This document shows, piece after piece, positions 29,379 through 42,961 of a DNA stretch of 64,000 nucleotides. The notes under the pieces were generated by a model that made no database searches, had not been told where the DNA came from, and saw nothing but the letters and a program-made list of their open reading frames with translations. The position numbers and the translations under genes are program-made. Position 1 is the stretch's first letter; each line of letters begins with the position of its first letter. The stretch lies in assembly GCF_964204645.1 (NCBI RefSeq), contig NC_134027.1:3318485-3382484 (forward strand), written 5' to 3'. This DNA comes from Tubulanus polymorphus. Its lineage: Eukaryota; Animalia; Nemertea.

Positions 29379-30828
29379 CTAAAAATTGGGAATACCAGAT
29401 CTTGGATAATATCATCAAATCAATCGAATTTTGAGGGTAAATTCCCTGACTCAAGAATCTTAAACTGACATCACGGCGAAATGACCAGAGAACAGAAAGA
29501 TACAATATATAAACTTCTAATGCAAACGTTTGTAGATTCATTACTTATTCATTAACCTAACAAAATTATTCATAGTAAATTTCCAGTGTGGAACTATTTA
29601 ACTTTTGCCAGTTAACAGGAATTAGAGGTGTTTATTGGACCAATGAATTCATAAATCTGTTTCATTCCTAAAGCATTTTGAAACTTCCAACTAGATCATT
29701 CCAAGAGCGGACATGAGAGTATAATCTTATGCCATTTTAAGTAGTTTCTAACCCTTATTTGCAAATGACACTTGTGGATTGGCCCATAAACGTTTTTATG
29801 AAAAAACTTCTGGAATTTTCGTTCCACCGCATGCGAATATAGGCGTGCCTGTTTGGTGGAGTGCTTCTAACAATTGTTGAACATTAATAAAGATGTTTGA
29901 AGAGGTTATTCATTGAAGTAATCATAAGTCAGAATTAGGTTTGAGAAGTAAATACATTTTTTTCAAAGCTTATTCTTAGTTTTCATATCTTAGAATACGA
30001 TCAATAAGATTCAGATGAAACTGAAAGTAATTTCAATGAATGACTAAATATTATCAATCATCATATTTCATCAAAAGATTATCAACTATCAATAAAACCA
30101 AGAAACTCCAATTGAGAAATGTCTAGCCAAAACTAATGAATGGATATGTTTTTGAATCCATACAAACAACATAAGTCACACAACAATCTTTCTCCATGAG
30201 TTCCACTTAACATGTCTGATTTCAAAAAATCATCCAATTTTAACCAGTATTATTACTTTCAATATAAATATTACCTTAATTCATAACATATTTCACAATA
30301 ATCTTATGGAATTTTCAAAAATATCTTGTTTTATTTTTACATAATTTCTAACGCAGTCCTTACCTCCGATGCAGTAGATCCACACCTATTCACTCCAAAT
30401 TCTTATAAGGTAAATGAGCACAAAATGATCACAACCAAACATTTTGAACGAGGTCCTCCTTTAAGTTTTCAGCCAATCACCTTTTGATCTAACTCTCCGT
30501 GCATCGAGTACAAATAAAATCAGGACCCTTCATATTTTGCAAGACTATTGAGTCCGCTAGTTACCCAATAAACCTTCTAATTCACTTGAACAATGATTTA
30601 GGGAATATGAAGTCGACACCTCATGCAGGGTTCCGGCGAATCTTTTACTGTCGACTACCATTAAAAAATACTGACAATTTCGTAACAAGACTTTTATTCA
30701 ACACACTACCAATAATATATATTACAAGTGAAGTTCTACTAAGCAATTTTCGAAAATAATACATTTATGTATTCAATTTCCAAACCTTCCGGGAAACATT
30801 CTACGGTAGTTATCTAATGTTTTTGTTT

Positions 30829-32508
30829 CTATTTTCGATACCACATTTGAACATTATTCATGCGTTTGATTTTCTTTTGTAGTTGTAGGATACCATACAG
30901 AAGAGCTTCGGCCGATGGCGGGCATCCAGGTACATATATATCAACCGGTACAATTCTATCACATCCCCTGACAACTGAGTATGAGTAATGATAATATCCT
31001 CCACCATTGGCACAGCTACCCATGGATACAACCCAGCGCGGTTCTGGCATCTGATCATACACCTACAAAGATTAGAAATTTCCAGAATTCTTTGAAACAG
31101 TACAAAATTAAAACATATTTTCCTGGGCCGTGTACCTAGCATTTGGATGTTGGGGGGGGGGGGCAGAGAAAGGGCAGACTTTATAGGCCCTAACAAACGC
31201 TCTTGTAATCCTTTAACAAAATGCTTGTCAGTGCCGAGTGAAGGATTCTACATTTAATTTCTAACAATTATATTTGCAAAGAGGGTACTCGTCCAAAATT
31301 TTGGGGGGGAGGGGCCAACTGCCCCCTGCTCCCGCTATGTACGGCCTTTTTATTGTTTCTACAAAGGGAAATCATTAGTTATACCCTTGAATACAGAATT
31401 TGCGATCATTGGAGTCATAATGACTAATATTCTGATAAAGGGCGGTAGATTTTTTACATATGTAAAGTTTAAGTGTCATTGTAACATTTTCCAGGTAACT
31501 GCACAGTTCTAGATGAGCCTAATCGAACTAAATAATGTAAGGTGAAGTACATGCATCAAACACTACTGTCAGTCTAGTACCCGAGAAAAAATCTTTTATT
31601 GTGACTAGGGAATTTATTTAATCTTTGACTTTTACCTTAGAGTTGGAGTTTCCAATAGTTGACCACTAGGCCTACCTTCTATTTAAACGCTGTAAATATT
31701 CTTAGGTGCTGGTAGACCCTTTAAGGCCCTACGTACTCCGTATTTCACTGAATGAATATGATTCCAATGTACCGTAGGGTTGCTATTTTTGTTTTGAGTT
31801 TGTTTTTCATTTTATCAGCAGTTCAGTAGCCTGGTCTGAATAATAAATGACCATCAAGTTGATCGAAACTGCTACTAACTTTCACATTAGACTCCTTGAC
31901 CTTCAAAAAATTCTACCTTTTCGTATAATTCGGCAAAATATTTGAATAGCGTAGTTCAGGTAGTTGGAAACCCTCTTGAGATAGCGGGGCACTAACCTAA
32001 TAAGGTACTGGTAACATTCTAAAAAGTTGGAAATATCTCCTACCTTGCGGAATGCAGGCGCCATTTTGTTCGTCAATGTGCCGGCTACAATAATGCAATC
32101 AGCTTGTCTGGGGCTAGCTCGAAAAACAACTCCAAATCGATCCATATCGTAACGAGGTGCGGCCATGTGCATCATCTCTACCGCGCAACAAGCCAAGCCA
32201 AATGTTAAAGGCCAAAGGGAACTTTTTCTTGCCCAATTCAATAAATCATCAGCACGAGCGAGGGCATACTCTGCAACGTTACTCGTATTTTGGAACGGAG
32301 AGTAAGGCCTTTTCTTGGCGACTTCGGTACTTTTTTCTCTGTAAGGAACGAGGCAGCTTCGCGAACGATGTTTGTCGTCGGTAATCGCGCTATGTTCATG
32401 GAGCGATCTTGTTTGGATAACCAATCCACGAGCAGATGAGTTCAAACATGACCGTGTGCCGCCGAAACTAGCAGGAAGTCGGATCACTACTTTAAACATT
32501 TTATCCAT
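30829..32508 (-). CDS. NDUFS7: NADH:ubiquinone oxidoreductase PSST subunit, 2 coding exons (32044-32508, 30829-31062)
   Basis: [40 protein letters not shown]|[35 protein letters not shown]. Confidence 0.98.
31125..31347. mobile_element. MITE-like element in the NDUFS7 intron
   Basis: Imperfect TIRs GGCCGTGTACCTAGC / GCTATGTACGGCC with internal poly-G and GCCCCC runs. Confidence 0.5.
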
Positions 32509-33703
32509 TCTCAAAAAAGCTGAAAAAAAAGAAAATAAACACGTGTAATTTTTTTCTAATTTTGCCACAATGTAATCATGCGCCCTAAATCATTAATCCT
32601 AAGGTGGCCCCCTTCAGCCTTTCCTTCCGATGCAGCAGCAGATAGTTACAGTTGACCACTTCCCAGCCCTCACTTCTAGTTCTCTCGACATCCAAAAAAT
32701 AGGATTTGACACAATAATAATACAGCATTTCTCTGCGGAGTCAGGCAGGGATCCCGGGACAAACTGCATTTCGATCCATGAAATTATCTTACATCGTAGA
32801 TCTGCAAGCACTTACCGACAATAACCCAGGGTCTAATAGTATTTAAAAACTAAGACAAGTCATCAGAAATGGTTATGAAATCAATCAAGTCAACACAGGG
32901 TCGGGAATAAAGTATAATTGGATTGAATTGAATGCTGTGATGTCGCATTTTAATGATTTTCATCGAGAAATAAAAACATATCCACATGATAAATATGCCT
33001 AGCATTAGAGTTTATATTTGGTAATATTAAGACCGATGTGTAGGTAAGATTTACCTGACTTGAACGGATAAACGGGATAAACTCGAAAAAACAGTAAAAG
33101 AAAACTCTATTTATTTGCTGAAACGTGGATTATTTTATTGAAAGCAAAATTTGAATTGATTATTCTATTTTTTACATGGGCTACGAAACAAATTTATTTT
33201 CTTTTAATATGATATTGACAATTCAATTCAATTCAATTTTGACAAGTTTGACAATTGAATTTCACCCGAGAGAGTAGGGGACATTTTGTACGGCAGTTAG
33301 TATTGAAGGTTGGTTTTAAATTTTTCCAACCCCATTATTCAACATTTACACACAGACCTGCAGACCTGGCCTGCTGGCACAAAAATGGAACTACAATGTA
33401 TATATGTTTGCTTATTTACTCGTTCGCTACTCAAATATTAGTTTGCCTGGCTTGAGAGGAGTCGAGAGCGTACGTAGAGGACTGGATATTATTGTATTGT
33501 GTGACATAGACTGATCACTGAATTCATCTTGATTTTTTAGAAGCAAAAGGCTGCATCAGTCAAGAGACGAAACTAAGGTGTTGCGCGATCCTCAACAGGC
33601 TCTGCTCTGCGACTCTTCACCACAGCCGGCCAATCAGAAATCCTGTTTTATTTTAACTTGGGTTTTCCCATGACATTGAGAGAGACATCCTAGATATTTC
33701 ACT

Positions 33704-34114
33704 ATGTTGTTCACATTAAAAGAGTTGGTACGCTGGTTTGGAATGACTGCTCTAGAAATATTCATGCATCTCGTATCCGTATTCATCTTCACTATAGTCG
33801 CCGTTCTGAGGAACGAGGGAGTCATTACGAAAAGCTGGTGGTATGTTTTCATCCCGTTATTCATGTGCGACGGAGCCTGTGCTTATCTTTGTTTTATAAT
33901 ATTTGTGCGGACGTATAGAACGATGCCGCCGATGAGAGGACAAGGTGGAATTCGTTTTCTGTCGTCATTGATATGCATTACACTGACATTTGTATTCAAA
34001 GTTCTGCTGTGTCAGAGATTAACTGGTGAAAATCAACTAACATTTTCTGAAGTGTTGACACCGATATTCATACTGTTGCAGATATTAGTCGTTCACGGTT
34101 GTCGGACAAATTGA
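33704..34114 (+). CDS. TMEM203: Transmembrane protein 203 (single coding exon, 136 aa)
   Basis: MLFTLKELVRWFGMTALEIFMHLV, WWYVFIPLFMCDG..YLCFIIFVR, FKVLLCQRL; four hydrophobic segments. Confidence 0.92.
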   Translation: MLFTLKELVRWFGMTALEIFMHLVSVFIFTIVAVLRNEGVITKSWWYVFIPLFMCDGACAYLCFIIFVRTYRTMPPMRGQGGIRFLSSLICITLTFVFKVLLCQRLTGENQLTFSEVLTPIFILLQILVVHGCRTN

Positions 34115-34389
34115 ATTGCTTGACAGATATTCTAGATTAAATCTACAATTTTTATCTAAGTAGGTCATGGCAGATATCGACGAAGGGTTGTGCGAATATT
34201 CAGCGGGTTAATGAGCTCTAATATATTTAGAGTTGTACAGTTTTGAATTAAACCAACGGGTTCATTCAACCTATAGACGTATCTGTTCTGTTTGAACTGT
34301 TATTTGAACCAAGTGAGCATTTAAAACTTAATAATGAAATTGTTTTGAACTTGTCTATTTTATTATTTATGAATAAATATCACAAATAT

Positions 34390-36664
34390 CTAATAGTAAA
34401 TACACCTAATCTTATGGTAAGGAATGTGTCTTAGATCATTGCAGTGTTCACGTCTGTAGTCCCAAATATAATGGTCAATCATGACGGCGTTCATTGTTTT
34501 TCCGGGTCGTGCAATTCTCTTCATCTCCTTTGCCAGCAGCTACAAAAGGAAATAAAATGACTGAATTCAACTTGCATTGATGAACACTAGAATTACAAAT
34601 TTCAGATAGATAATTCACCTCGACTGCTTGAATACTGCTACCACGCAATTCTACTTCCAGTTGACTACCACTCACTAAAACCTCATCTGTAATTAGTTTC
34701 AAAGTGGATACAACAGTTCATTAAACACCAGGGCTGGGTTTCATAGTAGTGGAAGAAAAATAGTCCCCAGGAATGTTTTGAAATTCGTCAGTTATAACCA
34801 TGGTTTCTCATTGTAACTATGGTTGTTGTCACCAGAAATCGAGGATTTACCCCTAGGGATAACTTAGATACTCAGTCTATGAAACCGGGCCCAGATCAAT
34901 AAGTATACAGTAATGTCACATAATTTCCTGCTGTTCTTTTTTTTTATGCAAAAAATGTTTTCCACATTTATCGCTTACTTTTCTTCAGTTTATTCATTAA
35001 TTCTTCGGAATATTCCAGAACTTCAAAATAGGCAAGCACTTGAGGGATTCTGAAATATGTACAATATTTTGCTAAATTATACATACGTAGGTCAATGAAC
35101 TTTTAGGCATAAGTACTTTTTGTATAAAGCACTGTAGACCTACAATCATCGCTTAGACCTACCTATAATCAGCAAACATCGTAATGGTGTCAATATCGTG
35201 AAATTTTCCGAGCCCCTCTCCTTCAAAGCATGCCCAGATATCAGCGATGAGTATTTGTGCTCTCTTGTAGAAAGCAACTGAAATATAAATGGTCATAGGC
35301 TGGAAAATGTTGTCTGCCAAAAGACCAGCACTATGAAAATAATATTTTAAGATCTATTTTCATACCTTTATTTCCCTGATACGTCGCTGTATCGTTATAT
35401 GATTGGAACTCACTCGCTACTAATTTCATCAAATCTTGGGCGCTCTGTTCAGCTTTCTTCAGTACATTCACAAAACTACCATCATACTTCTGAAATGTCA
35501 AGCCAAGTGCCGACATAGAGAATTCACTAAATTCATCACCGATTTGAAATTACAATTCATTGTCACATTTTGGAATACCTGAACAAGCTTTTGACCAGCT
35601 TCATGTAGAACCTTTAACCTCTTGTCAAGTAAAGGTATTGAGTAGGGTGAATCAGATCTGAATATATGAGCCAGTTCATTCTCTGTTACTTGACAATAAA
35701 ATTTTGGATCAGTCATCGGAATTCCATCCTAGAAATGAAATTGATGATTCCTATACGAGGATTTACCTGGCTGTTGTATAAAACAAGATATGAAATAACC
35801 AATTCCACTCTTGACAAGATTTTTCAAAGGCTAAAAACAATTGATACCTGGTTTCTGATAAAGTTCATAGTTGACCCGGTTGGCCGCCTATCTACCATGT
35901 ACATTACTATTTTTAAATCATGATCAAGCTAACCATTACAGACCCGGTAGCTATAAAAGCGAACTAATCACAAACTTTATTGCATTTTACAGAATGACCT
36001 GGCCGATAGGAGAAACGAGGTTTCATTTGTCTAGCTTAGAGTAACCAAATTTTGTACTGGATTCTCATTCTACCAAAAATTCCTAATCCCCTCCATTGAA
36101 AATATGCAGCTACAGGTTTTACAAACGGTAAACTCATATACCTAAAACTTACATCTAATGCTCTGTTGATAACGGCACAAAGCGACCAATATCCTGTATA
36201 TCTCTGTCCTTTATATTCGATAACAAATCTTTTACTTTCATCCTCTGACCAAAAATTAAAATTCAATGTATCCACGACAAAAATCCTATAAAACATATAA
36301 GTATATTAATCAAATTAATGTACTCTTTGATGTAAAATGTTCTGCTTGGATCTCGTATACTTGAACTTGTCTCACAGATACACACCAGTCAACACTTGCT
36401 TCATTCATTACTTGTGGATTCAAAACGTGCGATTCTTTCCAAATTTTCATATTGTACCCAGTATCCTTCACCATATCAACCAACTAGAAATTCATTAGAT
36501 TTAACATTAGAAAAATAAGAAGAGGAAATTCCATAAATCAATATGAATATTCAGTTTACCTGTTCAGCTAGCTTTTGAACTCCTTTTTCATTAATTTTCA
36601 CATGCTGACTGTGCTGGGATATAAATTCCCCAGCAGCTCTCGGTAAGAGGAGTTCACCAGACAT
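34390..36664 (-). CDS. QNG1: Queuosine 5'-phosphate N-glycosylase / queuosine salvage protein (C9orf64, DUF2419), multi-exon
   Basis: [103 protein letters not shown]. Confidence 0.95.
34732..34891. mobile_element. Harbinger-like MITE (160 bp) in a QNG1 intron
   Basis: TIRs GGCTGGGTTTCATAG / CTATGAAACCGGGCC (13/15) flanked by a 3-bp CAG duplication. Confidence 0.65.
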
Positions 36665-37372
36665 TTTCAGAAATTATATACTGAGATTTCAAGCTGTAAT
36701 AACGATGTGATAACCTTCTTGGGTTTGACCTACAAATCATAAGACTGAATACAATATTCGAGTATGTCCATAATGACCCGATCTAAGGGGCTTATCAAAT
36801 GTATTTGCATACTTAAATTTCTCCTTGAAACTTTAAGCCAAAAAGTCTCTCAAGGAGAAACATAGAATAATAATATATGAAAGTAATGAGGCCCTCTTTC
36901 AATGAGCCAAGTTTCAGTTCGGTTATTCTGGTGAAACTTTCTAAATACACATTAATTAGATACACATTGTCCATTATGACAAAACTCAAAGACGCACATT
37001 CATACATACATGAGTCTACGACTGCAGGTCATTGTTATATGGATATATCAATCGAAATATGGAACTTTTAATGTCATGATTATCTACACCAATATTAAAT
37101 CATAATCCGCTTGCACAGATGGGCTCAGTGATACGATTCCAGGCAAGTAAAGTAAGCTTATTAAATTAATACATAAATGTATGCAGTTATTAATACCATA
37201 CATATGTATTTTAGAAATGATTGATAAGAATAGAATTAGTACCAGGTAACCCTGTAATGACGAACGAAAGATTAGACCACTCAAAAACAACTGATTCCTT
37301 GAGCTTGAGTTATGGTTATGTCTCACTCTCATCCCGCCCCCACAGGGGCTTGTCACAATGTGATGGAGGATG

Positions 37373-37427
37373 GATGATACCAGTATCCCTATATAAAAAC
37401 ATTAATAATAGGGATACTGGTATCATC
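37373..37427. repeat. Perfect 20-bp inverted repeat (hairpin / mini-MITE)
   Basis: GATGATACCAGTATCCCTAT (37373-37392) ... ATAGGGATACTGGTATCATC (37408-37427). Confidence 0.85.
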
Positions 37428-37432
37428 AAATT

Positions 37433-37548
37433 TAGTTAGTTACCTAATCGTTGGTGGTAAGCTTTTTATTATCGGATGGGCTTATACCAACATGTGGTTT
37501 GTGAAAATATCCGATCGTGAAACTAAACCACAGACAGGTTACTGACTA
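37433..37548. mobile_element. 116-bp MITE, copy 1 (near-identical to 52010-52124)
   Basis: TIR TAGTTAGTTACCT / AGGTTACTGACTA; flanks CATCAAATT and (cta)CATTAAATT form a degenerate 9-bp TSD. Confidence 0.85.
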
Positions 37549-38658
37549 CTACATTAAATTGTGATATATGTCATGTGCCCTCCCCATTTTATGGCATTTT
37601 CACAAAACGGCACTTGGTTTCTTTTATTCTGTAACATCACCAACACCGCTGCGTCACGATGTGATGTACAAGAGACCTCGAACTATTGCGGTGTGCAGTA
37701 GTCAGGTAGCTCCTCCGGGAGAGTCAACTTCGTTGGATGAATAAAGTTAATTGAAAGGCTAATTGAAATGGTCCACATGGACGTTCGAATCTCGCGGTAA
37801 GAAATAGGTGGCAATACCACCACATTTACCATAGTTTCTACTGTACGTTATTATATCCAGATTCGATTAATGAATTTTTGTTGCTAATTTCGTGTACCTA
37901 TCTACTCAAATTTGAACATTTTCACTGTATCTTTATCATTAGTTAATTACATTAAAATTTTAAGGTCCTATGAACATTTGAAATGTAAAAATAACTGCCG
38001 TACTATTAAGTATAGGGTATTGTATACAAATTAGTTCAGATTTGTCAATCACTTTTGAAATCGGGATTTCCCTTAAAAAATCTCTGATAATTACCGATCT
38101 GCAGTTGATCATCCGGAAAACAGCACTCGTATTGAATCATCACTCCGTTCTACATCATCACTAACTATTTGTTTAATTGCTAAGTACTGATTTGATCCGT
38201 ATTGTGCGTTGAAATATCCAATGTCGGTTGATTGTTATTGTTTACACCGTTTAATGGCGCCCAAGCACCTTCTTCACAAAGAAAAAATACCATCAGCCTA
38301 TCCGTTTCGATTAAGAGGACTGTTATCGCATAAGAAATTACAGCATCCCAAGAGTTTTTACATGAACAGTCCGTGCTAATAAGTGTGCTGCGTGACAAGT
38401 GAAACAATTTGTTTGCGAATTGTATAAAGAAACGGTCCGGAATTTCTTCGCTTCTCGATCTCCTCGAATCTCGGGAAGAAAATCATCATTGACTTGTTTC
38501 TCTCCGTCCAATTTTTGTTGCATTTCTCATACACTGTATTGTTAATAACATTACAAGTAACATTGAACTATCGAGAGGCAGCTTGTGGCCCGTGTTGCAG
38601 CAAGTAAAAATAGTTAATTAAGTTTAACTAAAATCGAACGTAACGAACATCATTGATC

Positions 38659-40472
38659 ATGAAGCTGTTAGAAAATTCTAAATTTGAGGCAATCAATTCT
38701 GCCTTGTGTATAGAAACTGGAGATTGTAAAATTGAAGGAAGGTAAATATTGAAAAAGTTTCAGTACGTTTTACTAACTAGTATTGGGTTAAACCTAAATC
38801 AAAATTGATTTAATTTTTCAGAATTGAGAGTTATTCGTGTAAGATGGCAGGAAATGATAAACGTCTATTCAAAATGATAAGCTCTGAGGGAGGACATGCT
38901 CCAAATGATCTTCAAGCTCTGTCTCCGCCGGAAAGTGCCATGTCTTTGAGTCCCAACAAGTAAGTTCTTTTAAAACATTTCGATCTTTTACTTTTTAACG
39001 TTTTATTTGTACATGTATTTAGTGGACTTTTGATTAAATTATTCACAGCGTCTTTATGTGGCTATCATACTGATAAGTGTATTGTTAATAAAATATTGGA
39101 TTTATTTTCTAGGTACAGCCGTAGTTTTTCTGATGGTGATAATGAAGGTCATCTGTGTGATACGATCAGTACTAAAACACTGTTCTATCTTGTCTCTACA
39201 CTAAACGCTTCGTTCAACCCTGATTACGATTTCAGTCACGCTAAAAGTGAAGAGTTTTCTAAGGAATCCAGTATTCAGGTATGAAAATGCTCATATTTGA
39301 GGTAACAGACTGATTTTATGTAGTCTTCAGCTATATGTGATTAGAAACTGATTTATTTCCAGTGGTCAATGAATTCCGCAGATAGTCAAATGGCGGCAAC
39401 AGCTGGGGAACAGTATAATGTCTTGCGCTCTCAGATCTGGTCTGTTATTGATGAAGAAATTAGTCTCACTGATTGTGATATCTACAGGTATGATGTTGTA
39501 CATTTTGCTGGTAACTCGCGTGGGACCATCATTACGTCGACGAATTATCCAAATGAAGACTTACACTTAGTTAATGAATTGCAAATAAATCGCATCTAAA
39601 AAAGCGATGACAAGTGACAACTAAGCAAGTTTGGCTGTAGTTATTGATGAAAAAGTGACAGTCCCTTGATGAGTCTAATTCTGAAGCACATATATTGTTA
39701 GTGCATTCTAAGTTGCCTGTAATTATGTTCACTTGTTTGATTAAAGCTATAATCCGGATTTAGCATCTGACCCGTACGGAGAAGAAGGATGTATCTGGTC
39801 TTTCAACTATTTCTTTTATAACAAGAAGATGAAGAGAATTGTGTTTTTCACGTGTCGAGCGACTAGGTAAGATATTGGATGATTATCTCTGCTGTTTGAA
39901 TCCTCGCTATAAGTATATATCTAGCCGCTTTGTTTGATGATTTCCTGGTTGCCGGTGCATGACAAACTCGTGGTTTAAATTTCTAGTGTATCCGCTCCCT
40001 ATGGTGATTCAGGTTTAGGAACTGATCTCAGTTTAGAGGATTCGTTGGATATGGATTATGATGAAGATGACAGGTAAAGTTTAGTTTCTCCTGGGATATA
40101 TCTTATAGGCAGGTTGAACTGGTAAAGGGATTGATATGGGAGTCCATTATCATTTAGGGGTCATTCATTTATTACGTACACATTAGGGGAGGGGGAGGGG
40201 TCAGTGCAATTGCATACTGTAATGCTTAATGTATATGAAAAAATGGCCAATTTTGCGTACAGAGGGGGAGGGGGTTTGAAAAATTCAAATTTTATGCATA
40301 CGTAATAAATGAATGACCCCTTACTGTTCTTAAATTTGAAATAATTTTCAAATGACTAACCAGAAGAAAATGTTTAACCAGAAGAAAAGCTACAAATTGA
40401 AGGGATATTAATGTGATGCTGATTAGAAAAAAATGTTTTTCTATTTTCAGGACAGTCCAATACGCTTATTGA
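38659..40472 (+). CDS. MAF1: Repressor of RNA polymerase III transcription MAF1, multi-exon
   Basis: [94 protein letters not shown]; stop TGA 40470-40472. Confidence 0.97.
40157..40320. mobile_element. PIF/Harbinger (Tourist-like) MITE, 164 bp, in the last MAF1 intron
   Basis: Perfect 22-bp TIR GGGGTCATTCATTTATTACGTA / TACGTAATAAATGAATGACCCC with a TTA target duplication on both sides. Confidence 0.88.
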
Positions 40473-42961
40473 TTGTAACAACATCTATGCAGTTCACATA
40501 TTATGGATTGATAATGAGTCACTATTACTATTAATTAAACCAGGCTTTCATTCTGAGTTCAAAGAATATCTCAGTTTTTCTATTGACAGCTGTTGTACTA
40601 AACTGTATAGAGCCTGGGCCCTGGCACTTACCCTAGCTATTTGATTGATCAGTCTGTTGTGTACATATATTATCAATACATTGTATTTGAATGTTGTTCT
40701 ATTTCCAATTGTTGCTTAGTTATTCACTCAGTCATTCACTGCGACTTCATCTACATCATTTCTTAATAAAGTGCAATATAAAACCCCCCCATGTAAGAAG
40801 TTGCTTTGATTGGGGTTTTTTTGGTGCACTTCTCTTACTGCTGAATTTGGAATGTGATCATTAGGGGATGGTCTAATGTCAAACCACATATGGACTAGTA
40901 TCGGATACATATTATAGTAGTTTGCGGTATTGGTTTATGTGTGTATTACTTGACTTGATTATCTTATTACATGCACAAGCAGCAAAGTTATCATTTAGAC
41001 ATTCCAAACTTAGCTTCATGTAATATCTTTGATCCTAGTATTTTAGCTATTTATTTTAGTTGCGAAAATTGTTATACAGAAATATCTGTAGCTTTTAGAA
41101 TTATAATCTCAACGTAATATAGATACGCATGTATAACTAATTTGCTTATAATGGGTATATACCAGGTATGTGATAGTATTCCGATATTTTCAATATCCAC
41201 TGGTGAATTTGGTGTATCATCAATATTCTAATAACCGAAGGTAGATTTGGAGCTCATTGAACAAATAGTCTCTATATGGCATATTCCATGAAAAAAAATT
41301 ATTAAGCTATGTTTTCTTTATCAAAAAAGTAGCCAGCAGAAATACTTGATTTCGATTGACAAAAACATTACACCATATTATTCATGGTCGATCCATCCTC
41401 ATTACGTAAAGTTTAATTGTTGCGTATTCTTTGCTCCTGCACAGTAGGGGTGTTTGAGAAGAAAAATATTGTGCATTCCCATCGATAACCTAATTAGCTT
41501 CTGTATCTATCACTAGGTGACAGTAGTGTTGTAATCTGTACATATTGTTTTATGTTGCTGTAAAATAGTGTAATTTTTAAATATTAAAGGTTCTTTGTAC
41601 TCGATATTTTGTTCAGTGTTCGTTGATTCTTTGTCCTGCGCATTTCGAAATCTGAAGAAAACCTCGAGAAAGCTGCATCAGAGATGTGCGCATTAATGAG
41701 ACTAAACTATACGATTTAACTGCAAATGGGCTCGGCAGCTAAGTCGGTAGTCTCATGGACATGGGGCTAGGTCGGCCTTGTAAAATCATTTATTGATAAG
41801 GTGCTGCCGCTAGCGGGTTTTCATACACTAATATGAACCGACTGGTAATCAATCACGGACAACTCGATTGCTAGCTTTTCTTTATCAAATGTTTATTAAA
41901 ATATCAATCTAAAAGAAATTGACATTTTCATATCGTACAATTTCTTTGAGGATTTCTTAGCTGTCCTGGGCTTCGTGTTTCTATCGACTGTCTCTTTCCA
42001 ACTTGCGCCTCCATCGAGATATGTGATACAAAACTGCTGGTATTATCTTAGAACATATTCAACTTGTTGTGAGACTGAGGCACAGGGGACGGTGCCCTCA
42101 TGTCTAATGCACCAGCTCTTGAGATTGAATCGGGCAGGCCTACATTTTCCTCTTTAATCCCTCGTCAACGGGTCGGAACTACTTGAGCCTTACTACAACG
42201 GTGAAACCGATCATATCGCGATGTGTTCGCATTTAGACAACTTGAAAAACTCGGAGCCAACAGCAACTAAAACCTACATTATTTACCGATGATTCCCTGT
42301 TCATAACGTTTGAGAGATGTCCTCGTTGATCCCAAACCTGGATTGAAATAATAATATTTGAACAATAAACAGAAGGAGACAAAACGTCTCGAACTGGTGA
42401 CGTATGTAAATAATATCACGATTCATGTGGTGTTTACTTTCACATTTACGATATACAAAACTTTATTAATGGTTCCTTAAAAAACAATGTTTGACCGTGG
42501 GGAAATAATATCCTAGACCCTTCGTCAATAGCGATTCTCGGGTGAATGTGAACACGAGCGAGGTTGCCTCACCGGTCTAAACCACCACAAACCAATGAAT
42601 GAAAACGAGCAAGCAATTCGTACATCATATCGTGGACTCATGGATCATATACGTAGTAAAGAGTTGAACATTTTGAATAAATCTAATAACAAATCTTCTT
42701 TTGAAATTTTGTCCATCCCTGGCAATGTGGAGGTTAAAATCAGCAATCAAAGTTATTTACAAAAGGCCCTTCTTGAGTGGAGAAGTTGGTTGTATTTACG
42801 TCACCGATCTTGAGCGCGTTTCTTTCGACACCGATCTAGAAAAGTGGAAGTTTAGCGTTTTGATTACGGTACACTCATGTATGAATCTTTCTATATTTCT
42901 TCCGGTAATTCATTTTTGTTTAAATTATTGCCTTTTTATTTGTAGAACTGCTGTCAATCTT

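Noticed and set aside
31903-32568. 221-aa ORF as the full NDUFS7 protein
   Set aside because: The N-terminal part crosses a splice acceptor and the C-terminal part runs into the intron after AFRK.
32590-32830. GC-richer block with GGATGT (7SK-like start) and two short ORFs
   Set aside because: No further 7SK, RNase P or snoRNA motifs and no Pol III terminator; it falls in a probable NDUFS7 5' UTR intron.
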